Positions 8,235 through 17,174 of a stretch of 64,000 nt of DNA are shown here, in pieces; positions within the stretch are counted from its first letter, which is position 1; every line of letters begins with the position of its first letter. Below the pieces are notes generated by a model. The model ran no database searches and had not been told where the DNA came from. It saw only the letters and a list, made by a program, of their open reading frames with translations. The translations under genes were made by a program, and so were the position numbers. This stretch comes from Pontiella sp. (lineage in GTDB: Bacteria > Verrucomicrobiota > Kiritimatiellia > Kiritimatiellales > Pontiellaceae): assembly GCA_050290185.1 (NCBI GenBank), contig JBNKHE010000002.1, positions 128,001-192,000 on the forward strand, in the 5' to 3' direction.

Positions 8235-9665
8235 ATGACAGCGAGAATAGTCGGGCTGGCGGTTTTGCTGGTTGTAACCGTGGCATGCGCAGACGAATAC
8301 CGCACTTTTACCGATACGCAGGGGCGTACGATGGAGGCCAAGCTGCTTGAGGTAGACCCGTCCCGGGGACGCGTACACATTGAGTGCGATGACGGGAGAA
8401 GGGTCTGGGTCGCGCCTCGGATCTTTTCGGAGAAGGATCAGGAATATCTCCGCAAGTGGTTCAATGCCTGCGAGGCCATTTCGGAAACCTCGTTGGAGGT
8501 ATCGGTCGAACTGGAAACCAAGTCCGTTAATAACGGCAAGCCCTTATACGATCTCGGAAACAGGGATGATGGGATGGAGGGGGCTCAGTGGGCAGTGCCG
8601 ACTCAGCAGATAAGCTACAATGTGATTTTAAAAAATCTTTCCGATATGACGGTTAGTGGACTTAGAATTGAATACCGTTATTTCGTGGATATCGTGAACA
8701 AGAAAAATAAGGTGATCAATAGATATCAAGTTCCTGGGCTGAATGAAATTGAATCGATCCGACGCAACGCTCAAGAGATGGTGCGCACCACTATGAACCC
8801 TTTGGCCAGGCATTTCAAACTGGGGAGACGAACATCAGAAGAAAAAGACGAAAATGGATGGTATAACTCAGAAGTCGTCGAAGTTAATCGTGGTGAAGAT
8901 CACTTGGTTGGGATTTGGATTAGAATATATGGGTTATCTGTTGACGAGTGTGGGCCCATGCGGGAGGTCAGCTTTCCGGAAGATCTAAAAGATGTTGCCG
9001 AATGGGATGTGTCAGCTCCAATGAATACGCGATCTGCCATGATCGGGCCTTCGACGTTGGAGGAAATCCAGCTTCGGGGAAAGGCAAAGAGCGTTGAGCA
9101 ATTCAAGGGGTGGATGGATCAGCTTTTTTGGAAAGTTAATCCCCGGGAGGACGTGATTGCAATGCGCACGCAACTGGAGGGGCTCAAGGTGTACTATGAG
9201 TCGGGGTACGATCCCGATGGCTACTATGCCGGCCAGGTTGCGTTCAATTGCTCGCTCGCATCGCTATATGCAGAAGAGGCCTATTGGTATGAAATCTTTC
9301 TGCAAGGGGACCAGGTGAACAAGAGTCCGAACTGGGGAAACCGTATTGACAAGATATATGCCGAGCTGTCGATTCTCTATTCCTCGTGCAGCGATGCAAG
9401 TATTCATGATGGTGCGAAAGCGATCAAATATGCGAATCTCCTGTTGGACAAGGATAAGAAGTCCGACCAATATCTGGAGTTGCTGGCCCGGGCCTATGCG
9501 CGCAACGGGCAGTTTGATTTCGCGGTAAAGACGCAGGAGCGGGCGATAAAGCGGCTGTCGAAAAGCCGAAAGGATGAAGCCGATTTGGCCGCATACCGAA
9601 ACCGCCTGACGCTCTATCAAAGCGGTAAGGCATTCACTCTCGAAAAGGACAAGAACGCAAAATAG
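8235..9665 (+). CDS. Secreted hypothetical protein with N-terminal SHD1-like domain and C-terminal TPR-like helices
   Basis: Signal peptide, YRTFTDTQGRTMEAKL..FSEKDQEYL, C-terminal DGAKAIKYA..LELLARAYARNGQFDFAVKTQERAI; visibly more AT-rich than the flanks. Confidence 0.8.
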   Translation: MTARIVGLAVLLVVTVACADEYRTFTDTQGRTMEAKLLEVDPSRGRVHIECDDGRRVWVAPRIFSEKDQEYLRKWFNACEAISETSLEVSVELETKSVNNGKPLYDLGNRDDGMEGAQWAVPTQQISYNVILKNLSDMTVSGLRIEYRYFVDIVNKKNKVINRYQVPGLNEIESIRRNAQEMVRTTMNPLARHFKLGRRTSEEKDENGWYNSEVVEVNRGEDHLVGIWIRIYGLSVDECGPMREVSFPEDLKDVAEWDVSAPMNTRSAMIGPSTLEEIQLRGKAKSVEQFKGWMDQLFWKVNPREDVIAMRTQLEGLKVYYESGYDPDGYYAGQVAFNCSLASLYAEEAYWYEIFLQGDQVNKSPNWGNRIDKIYAELSILYSSCSDASIHDGAKAIKYANLLLDKDKKSDQYLELLARAYARNGQFDFAVKTQERAIKRLSKSRKDEADLAAYRNRLTLYQSGKAFTLEKDKNAK

Positions 9666-9921
9666 AACAGGAAGAAACACACGAACCGCAAAATCCTGCT
9701 CCTCTACTATGAAAAAACGAATTGGCTCAGGCACTTTCCAGATGATTGGGATCTACAGGAGCAATTAGCCATCCTCCGGGGGTTTTGGTGTATTTTATGT
9801 GTGCCATTTCACGTTACTTCATTGCTGTCTAGAAAGACAGCCTTCCCTGCTCCGTTCCCCTCTGCTGGCCCTGCGAGATGATCTATCTCACTCAGAGCGA
9901 ACAGAGAATCAGGGGTATATC

Positions 9922-11694
9922 CTACTGCGTCAGCAACCTGAGCCGTTCCGCCCCGCACAACTCCGTTCCGATCCAGGGCGAAATAGCCGTTCGTTTTACC
10001 GACAAGCCGGACGCGATTTCGCGGATGTATTCCGTTTCGTGCAATCCTTTCGCACACAACACCGGATCGGTTGTTCCGGAAACGGCAAAGCTGCGGTTGA
10101 TGATCCAGCCATAGGGTTCGATGCCGGCGCGGCGAAGGTCGCGCTGCAGATCCTGGGCCTCGTGCGTCGGCGTCGCTTCGGGCAAGGCCACGATCAGCAC
10201 CTTCGTGAATTCCGGATCGCGGATGCGCGGTAGCAATTCCTTTACTTCCTCCGGCAGGTCATCGGCCGACTTGGCGACTTCGCGGTGGTAGGCCTCGGTC
10301 GAATCGAGCAGCAGCAGCGTGTGGCCGGTCGGCGCGGTATCGAGCACAATAAACTGGTCCGAACCCTTGGCTACGGTATGGGCGAAGGCTTGAAAGACGG
10401 CGATCTCCTCGATGCAGGGCGAACGCAATTCCTCTTCCAGCAGCGCCAGATCGTCGGCGGAAAGCTTGCTGCGGTTTTTTTCAAGTACGCCTTCGCAATA
10501 GGATTGGGTTTCGGCTTTAGGATCGATCCGTTCGACGCGTAAATTGGACCGTCCATCCCCGATGGTTTCGGCCACGTGCGCCGCGGGATCGGTGGTGGAA
10601 AGCAACACGGAATGACCGCGGCGCGCCAGCTCGGCGGCGATGGCCGAGGCCATAACAGTCTTGCCGACCCCGCCCTTCCCCATCGTCATAATGACGCCGC
10701 GTTTTTGTGCTTCCAGCGACGCAAAAAGCTCGTCCCATTCCTGCACGTTTTCCAACGCCGCCGGCAGCGCGTTTTGCAAAGCATCGGGCGCATCCAGCCA
10801 CGCTGGATCGGATTCACCGTTGGCGACGGCTTGCAGGGCATCGATCCCCATCACGCCATGCGGACGAAAGGGGACCTGCGTTTTTTCCACGTCCTTGAAA
10901 ATGGTGGGCAACCCATCCAGTGCATCCTGCGATTTACGGGAAAAAGCGCGGGCAACATCATCATCGCCTTCGCTGTAAAACACGCCATTCAGAATGAGAT
11001 GCTGGTTGGTCAATCCCAGTCCGGCCAACTCTCCGCTGGCGCGGGCGGCTTCGGCGAGGCTCATGGCCTCGGCGCGGGCCACGAGCATGAGCAGCGTTTG
11101 CTCGGGATTTTTGAGCGCGGCCACGACCTGTTCGTAGAGCATCTTTTGCGCGGCCAGTCCGGCAACGGGGCCGAGGCAGGAACTGCCGGTTTCGTTGGTG
11201 GCGATAAAGTCGTTCCACGCCGAAGGCAAATTGAGCAGTCGCAGGGTGTGACCGGTCGGTGCGGTGTCGAGCACGATGTGGTCGTACTGGCTGATGACCT
11301 TTTCATCGCCAATAAATTTTGAAAATTCGTTAAAGCCCGCGATCTCGACCGTGCAGGCCCCGGAGAGCTGTTCTTCCATTTGCTGGACGGCTTCGTCGGG
11401 CAGGACGCCGCGATAGGGTCCAACCATGCGTTCGCGGTATTCTGACGCCGCCTGCATAGGATTGATGTTCATCGCGTCCAGCCCCGTCACGCCGTTGACT
11501 GGAACGGGAGTGGAATCCAGATCGGTCTCAAGCACTTCGTGCAGGTTGGAGGCCGGATCGGTGCTGATCAGCAGCACGCGCTTCCCGCGTTCTGCCAATC
11601 CGACGGCCACGGCGCACGACATCGATGTTTTCCCCACCCCGCCCTTGCCGGTGAAGAAGAGAAAGCGTGTCGCCTTGTTGAGTAGTTCGTTCAT
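9922..11694 (-). CDS. arsA: Arsenical pump-driving ATPase
   Basis: Two GKGGVGKT P-loops, two DTAPTGHT motifs, metalloid-binding Cys in SGACT, SCLGP, SPCIEE. Start MNELLNK; the longer ORF-track start lies in a REP doublet. Confidence 0.96.
   Translation of the reverse strand: MNELLNKATRFLFFTGKGGVGKTSMSCAVAVGLAERGKRVLLISTDPASNLHEVLETDLDSTPVPVNGVTGLDAMNINPMQAASEYRERMVGPYRGVLPDEAVQQMEEQLSGACTVEIAGFNEFSKFIGDEKVISQYDHIVLDTAPTGHTLRLLNLPSAWNDFIATNETGSSCLGPVAGLAAQKMLYEQVVAALKNPEQTLLMLVARAEAMSLAEAARASGELAGLGLTNQHLILNGVFYSEGDDDVARAFSRKSQDALDGLPTIFKDVEKTQVPFRPHGVMGIDALQAVANGESDPAWLDAPDALQNALPAALENVQEWDELFASLEAQKRGVIMTMGKGGVGKTVMASAIAAELARRGHSVLLSTTDPAAHVAETIGDGRSNLRVERIDPKAETQSYCEGVLEKNRSKLSADDLALLEEELRSPCIEEIAVFQAFAHTVAKGSDQFIVLDTAPTGHTLLLLDSTEAYHREVAKSADDLPEEVKELLPRIRDPEFTKVLIVALPEATPTHEAQDLQRDLRRAGIEPYGWIINRSFAVSGTTDPVLCAKGLHETEYIREIASGLSVKRTAISPWIGTELCGAERLRLLTQ
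9928..9964. repeat. 37-bp direct repeat, copy 2 (inside the arsA 3' end)
   Basis: Identical to 7832-7868. Confidence 0.95.
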
Positions 11695-11710
11695 AAGAAT
11701 CCTCGATGAC

Positions 11711-11762
11711 TGGAGGGATGACGTCCTCGTCGTCCGCGGACCGTGAGGACACGGTCCCTCCA
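11711..11762. repeat. REP-like inverted doublet between arsD and arsA
   Basis: Minus strand GGAGGGACCGTGTCCTCACGGTCC-GC-GGACGACGAGGACGTCATCCCTCC: two related palindromes in inverted orientation. Confidence 0.7.
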
Positions 11763-11769
11763 AGTAGGG

Positions 11770-12120
11770 TTAGCAGCACCCTTTGCAACCGCTGCAGTCG
11801 GTCACGTCAATCGTCTGGGTCGTGCCGAGAAATGAAGCGAGTTGATCCAGATCGGGATATCCACCGGAACTGATTTGTTCGTCGTCGACAAAGACCAGCG
11901 GCAAAGCATCGGTGCCCTTTTCCTTGAGCGCGGCGGCTACCGCTTCGTTGCTCGTGTAGGCGGCGGGTTCCTGCGACAGGTTATAGCGTTCGACCTTGAC
12001 GGCGGACGCATCGAGGTTTTTCAAAAAGCCGGCCAGCTGGACCAGAACGGGATCGACATCGGGACCGCAGACGCCGGTCGAACAGCACATGGCGGGATCG
12101 TAGATTTTCAGTGTTTTCAT
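11770..12120 (-). CDS. arsD: Arsenite metallochaperone
   Basis: IYDPAMCCSTGVCG, VERYNLSQEP, C-terminal CC. Confidence 0.96.
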   Translation of the reverse strand: MKTLKIYDPAMCCSTGVCGPDVDPVLVQLAGFLKNLDASAVKVERYNLSQEPAAYTSNEAVAAALKEKGTDALPLVFVDDEQISSGGYPDLDQLASFLGTTQTIDVTDCSGCKGCC

Positions 12121-12141
12121 ATTTCGTTTCTCCAATACGGT

Positions 12142-12588
12142 TTATTGCTTCAATGAGTCAGGAAGAGTTTCGACGAAGGCTTTGATTTCGTCGCGAACGG
12201 TGCGATAGCAGTCGAGCTGCTCTTCTTCGGAGCCGCCCTTTCCGGCGAGTTCACGCGCCATTTTCGGCGGATCCTGGAAACCGACGTGGATAACCTTGCA
12301 ATCGGCGGGGAACCAGGGGCAGGTTTCGTGCGCGTGGTTGCAGACGGTGATGATGTAGTCGAGCTTCACGTCCTTGAACTCGTCGATGTGCTGCGACTTC
12401 TGGGTGGTGATATCGACGCCCGCCTCGCCCATGACTTTGACGGCGTTGGGATTGAGACCGTGGGTTTCGATGCCGGCGGAATAGGCTTCGATCTGATCGC
12501 CTTTCAGCGCACGCGTCCAGCCTTCGGCCATCTGACTGCGGCAGGAGTTTCCGGTGCAGAGATACAACAGTTTGATTTTTTCACTCAT
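12142..12588 (-). CDS. arsC: Arsenate reductase (LMW-PTP/thioredoxin type)
   Basis: LCTGNSCRSQMAEG, ITVC..AHETCP, FQDP. Confidence 0.95.
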   Translation of the reverse strand: MSEKIKLLYLCTGNSCRSQMAEGWTRALKGDQIEAYSAGIETHGLNPNAVKVMGEAGVDITTQKSQHIDEFKDVKLDYIITVCNHAHETCPWFPADCKVIHVGFQDPPKMARELAGKGGSEEEQLDCYRTVRDEIKAFVETLPDSLKQ

Positions 12589-12615
12589 GACATTCCTTTT
12601 CTGTTCAATTCGTTG

Positions 12616-12686
12616 ACCACAAAATACTCAAAACCCACAAAACGGATCAGGCTTGTTACTTTTGAGTTTCTTGTGCCTTTTGTGGT
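12616..12686. repeat. Inverted tandem-repeat cassette, 9-bp period
   Basis: accacaaaa-tactcaaaa-cccacaaaa ... ttttgagtt-tcttgtgcc-ttttgtggt. Confidence 0.75.
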
Positions 12687-12691
12687 TTCAA

Positions 12692-13747
12692 TCATGCTTT
12701 CTCAAACCAGCCGGTCGTGCGGTTGGCGAAGCCGACGAGGGCGAGCATGACGGGGACTTCCACCAGCACGCCGACGATCGTGGCGAGCGCGACAGGCGAG
12801 GTCGTTCCAAAGAGGGCGATGGCGACGGCGACGGCCAGCTCGAAAAAGTTGGAGGCGCCGATCATTCCGGCGGGCGCGGCGACGTTGTGCGGAAGCTTCA
12901 GCCATTTGGCGGCAAGGTAGGCGATGAAGAAAATCAACACGGTCTGGATGACCAGCGGCACGGCGATCAACCCGATATGGAGCGGGTTGTCGAGAATCAC
13001 GTTACCCTGGAAAGAAAAGATGATCACCAGCGTCAGCAGCAGGCCCGTGATGGTGGTTTTGCTGAACTTGGGCAGGAAGACGTTTTCGAAATAGTCCGCC
13101 CCCTTGGTCTTCAGCATATGACCGCGCGTCAGCGCCCCGCCGGTCAGCGGAATGACCACGAACAGCACCACGGAGAGGAACAACGTATCCCACGGAACAA
13201 ACACATCGCTGACGCCCAGCAGAAATTTCACGATCGGCACGAACGCCACAAGAATGATGAGGTCGTTGGTGGCGACCTGCACCACGGTGTAGGCGGGATT
13301 GCCTTTGGTCAGATGGCTCCAGACAAACACCATGGCCGTGCAGGGCGCCGCGCCGAGCAATACGGCGCCAGCGAGATAATCCTTCGCCAAGGCCGGCGGA
13401 ATCAGGCTCTTGAAGATGACGTAGAAAAAGAGCCACGCAATGCCGAACATGGTGAACGGCTTGATCAGCCAGTTCGATACCCACGTCACGAACAGCCCCT
13501 TGGGATTCCGGCCGACATTCTTCACGCTCTTGAAGTCGACCTTCATCATCATCGGATAGATCATCAGCCAGATCAGCACCGCCACGGGAATCGAGACGTT
13601 GGCGTATTCGAGCTTGCCGAGAAATTCCGGGATGGCCGGCAGGTACTTGCCGATCAGAACGCCGGCCACCATGCACAGCGCAACCCAGACGGTCAGGTAC
13701 TTTTCAAAGAAACCGATTCCTGCATCCTGCTTTGATTCTTTATTCAT
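12692..13747 (-). CDS. acr3: ACR3-family arsenite efflux transporter
   Basis: FFEKYLTVWV, MIYPMMMKVDF, NWLIKPF, APCTAMVFVW, SNFFELAVAVAI, VLVEVPVM. Confidence 0.96.
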   Translation of the reverse strand: MNKESKQDAGIGFFEKYLTVWVALCMVAGVLIGKYLPAIPEFLGKLEYANVSIPVAVLIWLMIYPMMMKVDFKSVKNVGRNPKGLFVTWVSNWLIKPFTMFGIAWLFFYVIFKSLIPPALAKDYLAGAVLLGAAPCTAMVFVWSHLTKGNPAYTVVQVATNDLIILVAFVPIVKFLLGVSDVFVPWDTLFLSVVLFVVIPLTGGALTRGHMLKTKGADYFENVFLPKFSKTTITGLLLTLVIIFSFQGNVILDNPLHIGLIAVPLVIQTVLIFFIAYLAAKWLKLPHNVAAPAGMIGASNFFELAVAVAIALFGTTSPVALATIVGVLVEVPVMLALVGFANRTTGWFEKA

Positions 13748-13793
13748 AAGAACACCTAAATTTGGGGACTAATCCGCGCGAGCGGAATGTTCG

Positions 13794-13909
13794 ACAAAAT
13801 AATTTTGGACAGAATGATTCCTGACACTGACGCTGGGTGAAAATTATTTCGCCGCTTCGCTGCCGTATTTTCAAGTCAACCTCACTTCGTGTGTCCATAA
13901 TCATTTTGT
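13794..13909. repeat. Inverted-repeat cassette, 15-bp period
   Basis: acaaaataattttggac(agaatgatt) ... gtccataatcattttgt; 15 of 17 positions match as an inverted repeat. Confidence 0.65.
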
Positions 13910-13917
13910 AAACCTAC

Positions 13918-14295
13918 TCATTTGGAGGGGCAGCACGCTTCGCCGCGCTGCTTGCGGCAAAGGTCTTCGCGGGTGATGGCCACGATGTTGTCCAACGCCT
14001 CAAAGTCAGCCTTCAACTCATCGGACGCGGCAAAGTTTTTTTCCAGCCATTGGAAAAGCGGCTCGCTACCGGCAGGCTTCACCAGCTTGTAGTAAACCCA
14101 GCGTCCATCCTTACGACTTGCAACCAGTCCGGCCTGTTGAAGAATGCCCAGATGGCGCGACGCGGTCGCCCCGCTGACTTCCAGCAGTTCCGTGATCTGG
14201 CAGGCGCACAGCTCGTCATAGCGACCGAGAGCCGCCACCACCCGCGCCCGGTTCCGGTCCGAAAGCGCCTTCAGAATGTCCAATGTCGTTTCCAT
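13918..14295 (-). CDS. arsR: ArsR/SmtB-family repressor
   Basis: KALSDRNR, ELCACQI, SRHLGIL, RKDGRWVYY; heads the ars operon. Confidence 0.95.
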   Translation of the reverse strand: METTLDILKALSDRNRARVVAALGRYDELCACQITELLEVSGATASRHLGILQQAGLVASRKDGRWVYYKLVKPAGSEPLFQWLEKNFAASDELKADFEALDNIVAITREDLCRKQRGEACCPSK

Positions 14296-14302
14296 TGGCG
14301 TC

Positions 14303-14332
14303 TTTATAGTTAGTCGTTTAGCTAAATGTCAA
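14303..14332 (-). promoter_or_regulatory. Sigma70-type promoter of arsR with an overlapping imperfect palindrome (candidate ArsR operator)
   Basis: TTGACA-N18-TATAAA ending 7 nt before the ATG; the spacer contains TTAG-ctaaacga-CTAA. Confidence 0.75.
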
Positions 14333-14397
14333 ACTGGAATTTCATTTACTGCGTTTGGGAGATGACGAAGCTCAGTCGAGTCTGCCATCTTTATCCG

Positions 14398-14973
14398 ATG
14401 AAAAAGCCCCCCACATTCCACATCCGGCGACTCTCGGTGAACGAAATCATGCCGACGTACAAACCGGTGGAAATCGGCGAACATTGCGCCAACTGCGGGA
14501 ATCATGGTTCGGTATGGTCCTGCCCGCCACATGCCTTTGATCCGGCTGAATATCTTCAGGACTATCCTTATGCCTATGTTTTGATTGGTACGGTTTATTT
14601 ATCGGGATTTGAAACGCAGGCGGAGTCGATCGCCTATTACTACCGCACGCGAACCCGCATCAACCGGGCGTTGCTGGAGTATGAAAAAACCGTCACCGAT
14701 GCGCAGGCCCTCTATGCCGGGCATTGCGATAGCTGCGAACCCTGCACGCGCACCCAGGATACCGCCTGCATGCATCCTGAAAAACTCCGCTACTCGCTTG
14801 AATCGCTCGGCCTTAAGGTTTCCGACATCACGGAAAAATATTTCGATGAACCGCTCCAATGGGCCGCCGGGAAAACGCCGGATAAACTCCTGACCGTCCC
14901 GGCCCTGCTGACCAAGGAAGCGATCGATCAAGAAGAGCTGCTGTTGTTTCTTGAAGCCAAGCTACAATCGTGA
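14398..14973 (+). CDS. DUF2284-family Cys-rich predicted metal-binding protein
   Basis: CANCGNHGSVWSCPP, AGHCDSCEPC, CMHPEKLRYSLESLG. Confidence 0.85.
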   Translation: MKKPPTFHIRRLSVNEIMPTYKPVEIGEHCANCGNHGSVWSCPPHAFDPAEYLQDYPYAYVLIGTVYLSGFETQAESIAYYYRTRTRINRALLEYEKTVTDAQALYAGHCDSCEPCTRTQDTACMHPEKLRYSLESLGLKVSDITEKYFDEPLQWAAGKTPDKLLTVPALLTKEAIDQEELLLFLEAKLQS

Positions 14974-15015
14974 GCGAAGCCCTCTCTGCTGTCAGCTCTA
15001 GGTGGCGCACCCAGC

Positions 15016-15165
15016 CTAGTTTTTCGCGATTTCGAGGCAATTCGTTCCCGCAATGAGGATGGAGACAGGTTCATTCAAATCGTGCGGAATTGAGAAAACA
15101 CAGGTGTATAGAACGCTTAACCACAAAGTGAAAAGCGTTGCCGCATACCACAGGCAACGTTTCAC
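15016..15165 (-). CDS. Possible small membrane or secreted protein
   Basis: GTG-started VKRCLWYAATLFTLWLSVLYTCVFSIPHDLNEPVSILIAGTNCLEIAKN with one hydrophobic stretch; fills an otherwise empty gap. Confidence 0.3.
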   Translation of the reverse strand: MKRCLWYAATLFTLWLSVLYTCVFSIPHDLNEPVSILIAGTNCLEIAKN

Positions 15166-15239
15166 TCGCTTTGTTTCTTTTGTCAAAAAAACAGGTTTCC
15201 CCGGATAGAAGTACGCAGGTCCTCTCATGCCCAAAAGCG

Positions 15240-17174
15240 TCAGCCGATGAGAGCGCGCCACGCTTCCCAGATCATGACCATGGCAAACGTGTCGAGCTCG
15301 CAGTAGCGTAGCAGGGCCTGTTGGACGGACTGGCGCTCCGTTTCGGAAATATCCGAGAACTGAAGCCGGGCGTAGGCGGTCATGGCAGCCCCGCCATCGG
15401 CGAGTATGTTGTCGGCTTCAACCTTTTCCAACTCATCCTGCGGCAGGTCGGCAAAGACGGGAGGCAGCAGTTTGTAGGGATCTTTCACCAAACCAGCGGC
15501 ATCGCGCTGGATCCAGGTTTGGTTCTGGAAGTTGCGGCTGTTGTAGATCGGTTGGCTGTATTTTTCCTGAAGATAGGCCGAACTGTTGAGTACGGCGGGC
15601 AGCACTTTCTTGATCGAGTTGCTGCCGCCCATTTCGAGCTGGTAGTAGTGGTTTTTAACCAGCTCGCACATATCCACCATATTTCGATGCCCTTCCCGTC
15701 CGTCGTCGCGGTTTTGGGTGATCGACCTGATCCAGTCGACCAGTTCGGGCCGGTCCGGAATGTCGGCGTCGCTATCGAGCAGTTGCTCCAGAATATGGTT
15801 CAGCACCGTGTTTTCATGGGCGGCATAACGGAAAATGGTGCCGTCATCCTGATCGAGCGAAGCCTTCAGCCGACGGACAAATTCGAAGTTGGGAAAAACG
15901 CCCGGCTCGGTATTCAGATATTCATCGGCGTGTTCAATCGTCCCGTCTTCCCGGACCACATGATGCGAAAACTGGAAGGCGACCAGCTCGTAGGGATGGC
16001 GGTCCTTGGTGAAGGGAACGGCGACGGCCGAGGTTTCGAAATCGATAAAATGCAACGGCCAGTTCCACGAATCAAATGCCGCGCGCAAGCCGTCGGTATC
16101 GATCCATGGAACCGGATCGTTGGCGACCGTTTTTTGCACCTGCAGCCATTGGCGGGCCTGCACCGGTTTCGCCGGATCAAAATCATATTCTTCGAGATCG
16201 CGCAGGAAAAACTTCCCCGCCTTCAAGAAAGCCTGCTTTTGGGTGCAGTTCCACAAATCCATCACATTGGGCGCATTGAAATCCTCATTGGAAAAACCCA
16301 TCGCCTCGCGCCAGCACGTTTTAAAGCCGCTCAATTTTCCCTTTTGTTCATCGGCCGGTGTGGTTCGGAACGAGCACTTGGCGCAAAGGCCGCAATCGAT
16401 GCGTGGCGGAATGCGGGTATCCGTTTCGTACGCCTGCGCAAGCGCACCGGCGTAACCGCCAAAATCATACGACTTGTTGCCGATTCGATACTTCGCCTCC
16501 CGGATCAGCTTTACGGGATCGTGCACATTGACCTTGATTAAAACCGGCGTTCCCAGCGACTCGGCCGACCGCTCCCCGACCCAACGCGTCTCCGTCTTTT
16601 GGCCGGTCGCCTTCACCAGCTTGATCCGTTGGTTCAGGCCGTCGACGGAACTGCGCGCCTGTTTGTTGGCCACCATCAGGCGCGGACGGATCACCGCCTC
16701 GGGAAACGCGTTTCGCAGGACCAGTTCCTGAAAGGCCACATCCAACATGTACGGTTTCCACGCCGGCGCAATCTTGCCGCTACGCTTACCGATCAACTCC
16801 GACCTGTGCCCGATCGACTTGGCCTTGACCTCGATCAGGTCCAGCACATTCCCCTCCTTGCGCAGAATATCGATGCGGACAAACAGGTTGTTCCAACGAA
16901 TCGCCGCTTCGAAAACCGTGACGTTTTCCCGCTCCAGCAAAGCCGCGGTTTCGGATAACGCCATTTCTGGATCCTGCGACTCGACCAGAATCCCGTCCGG
17001 ATGCATCGCCCGCGCCAGTTCGCCGACCTGGAAACCGCCCTCCGCCAACGCGGACAGAAACGAATCCTCCAGCGACTGGTCCGCATAGTCATCCTTCCCG
17101 GCATAAAACAGTTTGGTCGGACACTCCGTCGCCTGCAGGAAGCGGGATTTAGTCAGATAGCGGGGGCTGGGCAT
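15240..17174 (-). CDS. DUF2779-type protein: Cas4/RecB-like PD-(D/E)xK nuclease plus DEDD/RNase H-like exonuclease domain
   Basis: YLTKSRF..ECPTKL, RIDIL..LIEVKAK, DVAFQ, CGLCAKCSF..CW, FIDFET, FQFSHH, SNSIKKVLP, YCELDTFAM; the ATG overlaps the upstream stop (TGATG). Confidence 0.85.
   Translation of the reverse strand: MPSPRYLTKSRFLQATECPTKLFYAGKDDYADQSLEDSFLSALAEGGFQVGELARAMHPDGILVESQDPEMALSETAALLERENVTVFEAAIRWNNLFVRIDILRKEGNVLDLIEVKAKSIGHRSELIGKRSGKIAPAWKPYMLDVAFQELVLRNAFPEAVIRPRLMVANKQARSSVDGLNQRIKLVKATGQKTETRWVGERSAESLGTPVLIKVNVHDPVKLIREAKYRIGNKSYDFGGYAGALAQAYETDTRIPPRIDCGLCAKCSFRTTPADEQKGKLSGFKTCWREAMGFSNEDFNAPNVMDLWNCTQKQAFLKAGKFFLRDLEEYDFDPAKPVQARQWLQVQKTVANDPVPWIDTDGLRAAFDSWNWPLHFIDFETSAVAVPFTKDRHPYELVAFQFSHHVVREDGTIEHADEYLNTEPGVFPNFEFVRRLKASLDQDDGTIFRYAAHENTVLNHILEQLLDSDADIPDRPELVDWIRSITQNRDDGREGHRNMVDMCELVKNHYYQLEMGGSNSIKKVLPAVLNSSAYLQEKYSQPIYNSRNFQNQTWIQRDAAGLVKDPYKLLPPVFADLPQDELEKVEADNILADGGAAMTAYARLQFSDISETERQSVQQALLRYCELDTFAMVMIWEAWRALIG

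Noticed and set aside
9666..9921. Gap between the islet gene and arsA as another repeat cassette or integrase relic
   Set aside because: Only weak arm similarity and no recognisable coding remnant.
11695..11763. ORF-track N-terminal extension of ArsA (MEGPCPHGP...)
   Set aside because: It is a translation of the REP doublet; ArsA similarity begins at MNELLNK.
15000..15240. CRISPR array near the Cas4-like gene
   Set aside because: No regularly spaced repeats seen here or elsewhere in the window; no cas1 or cas2.
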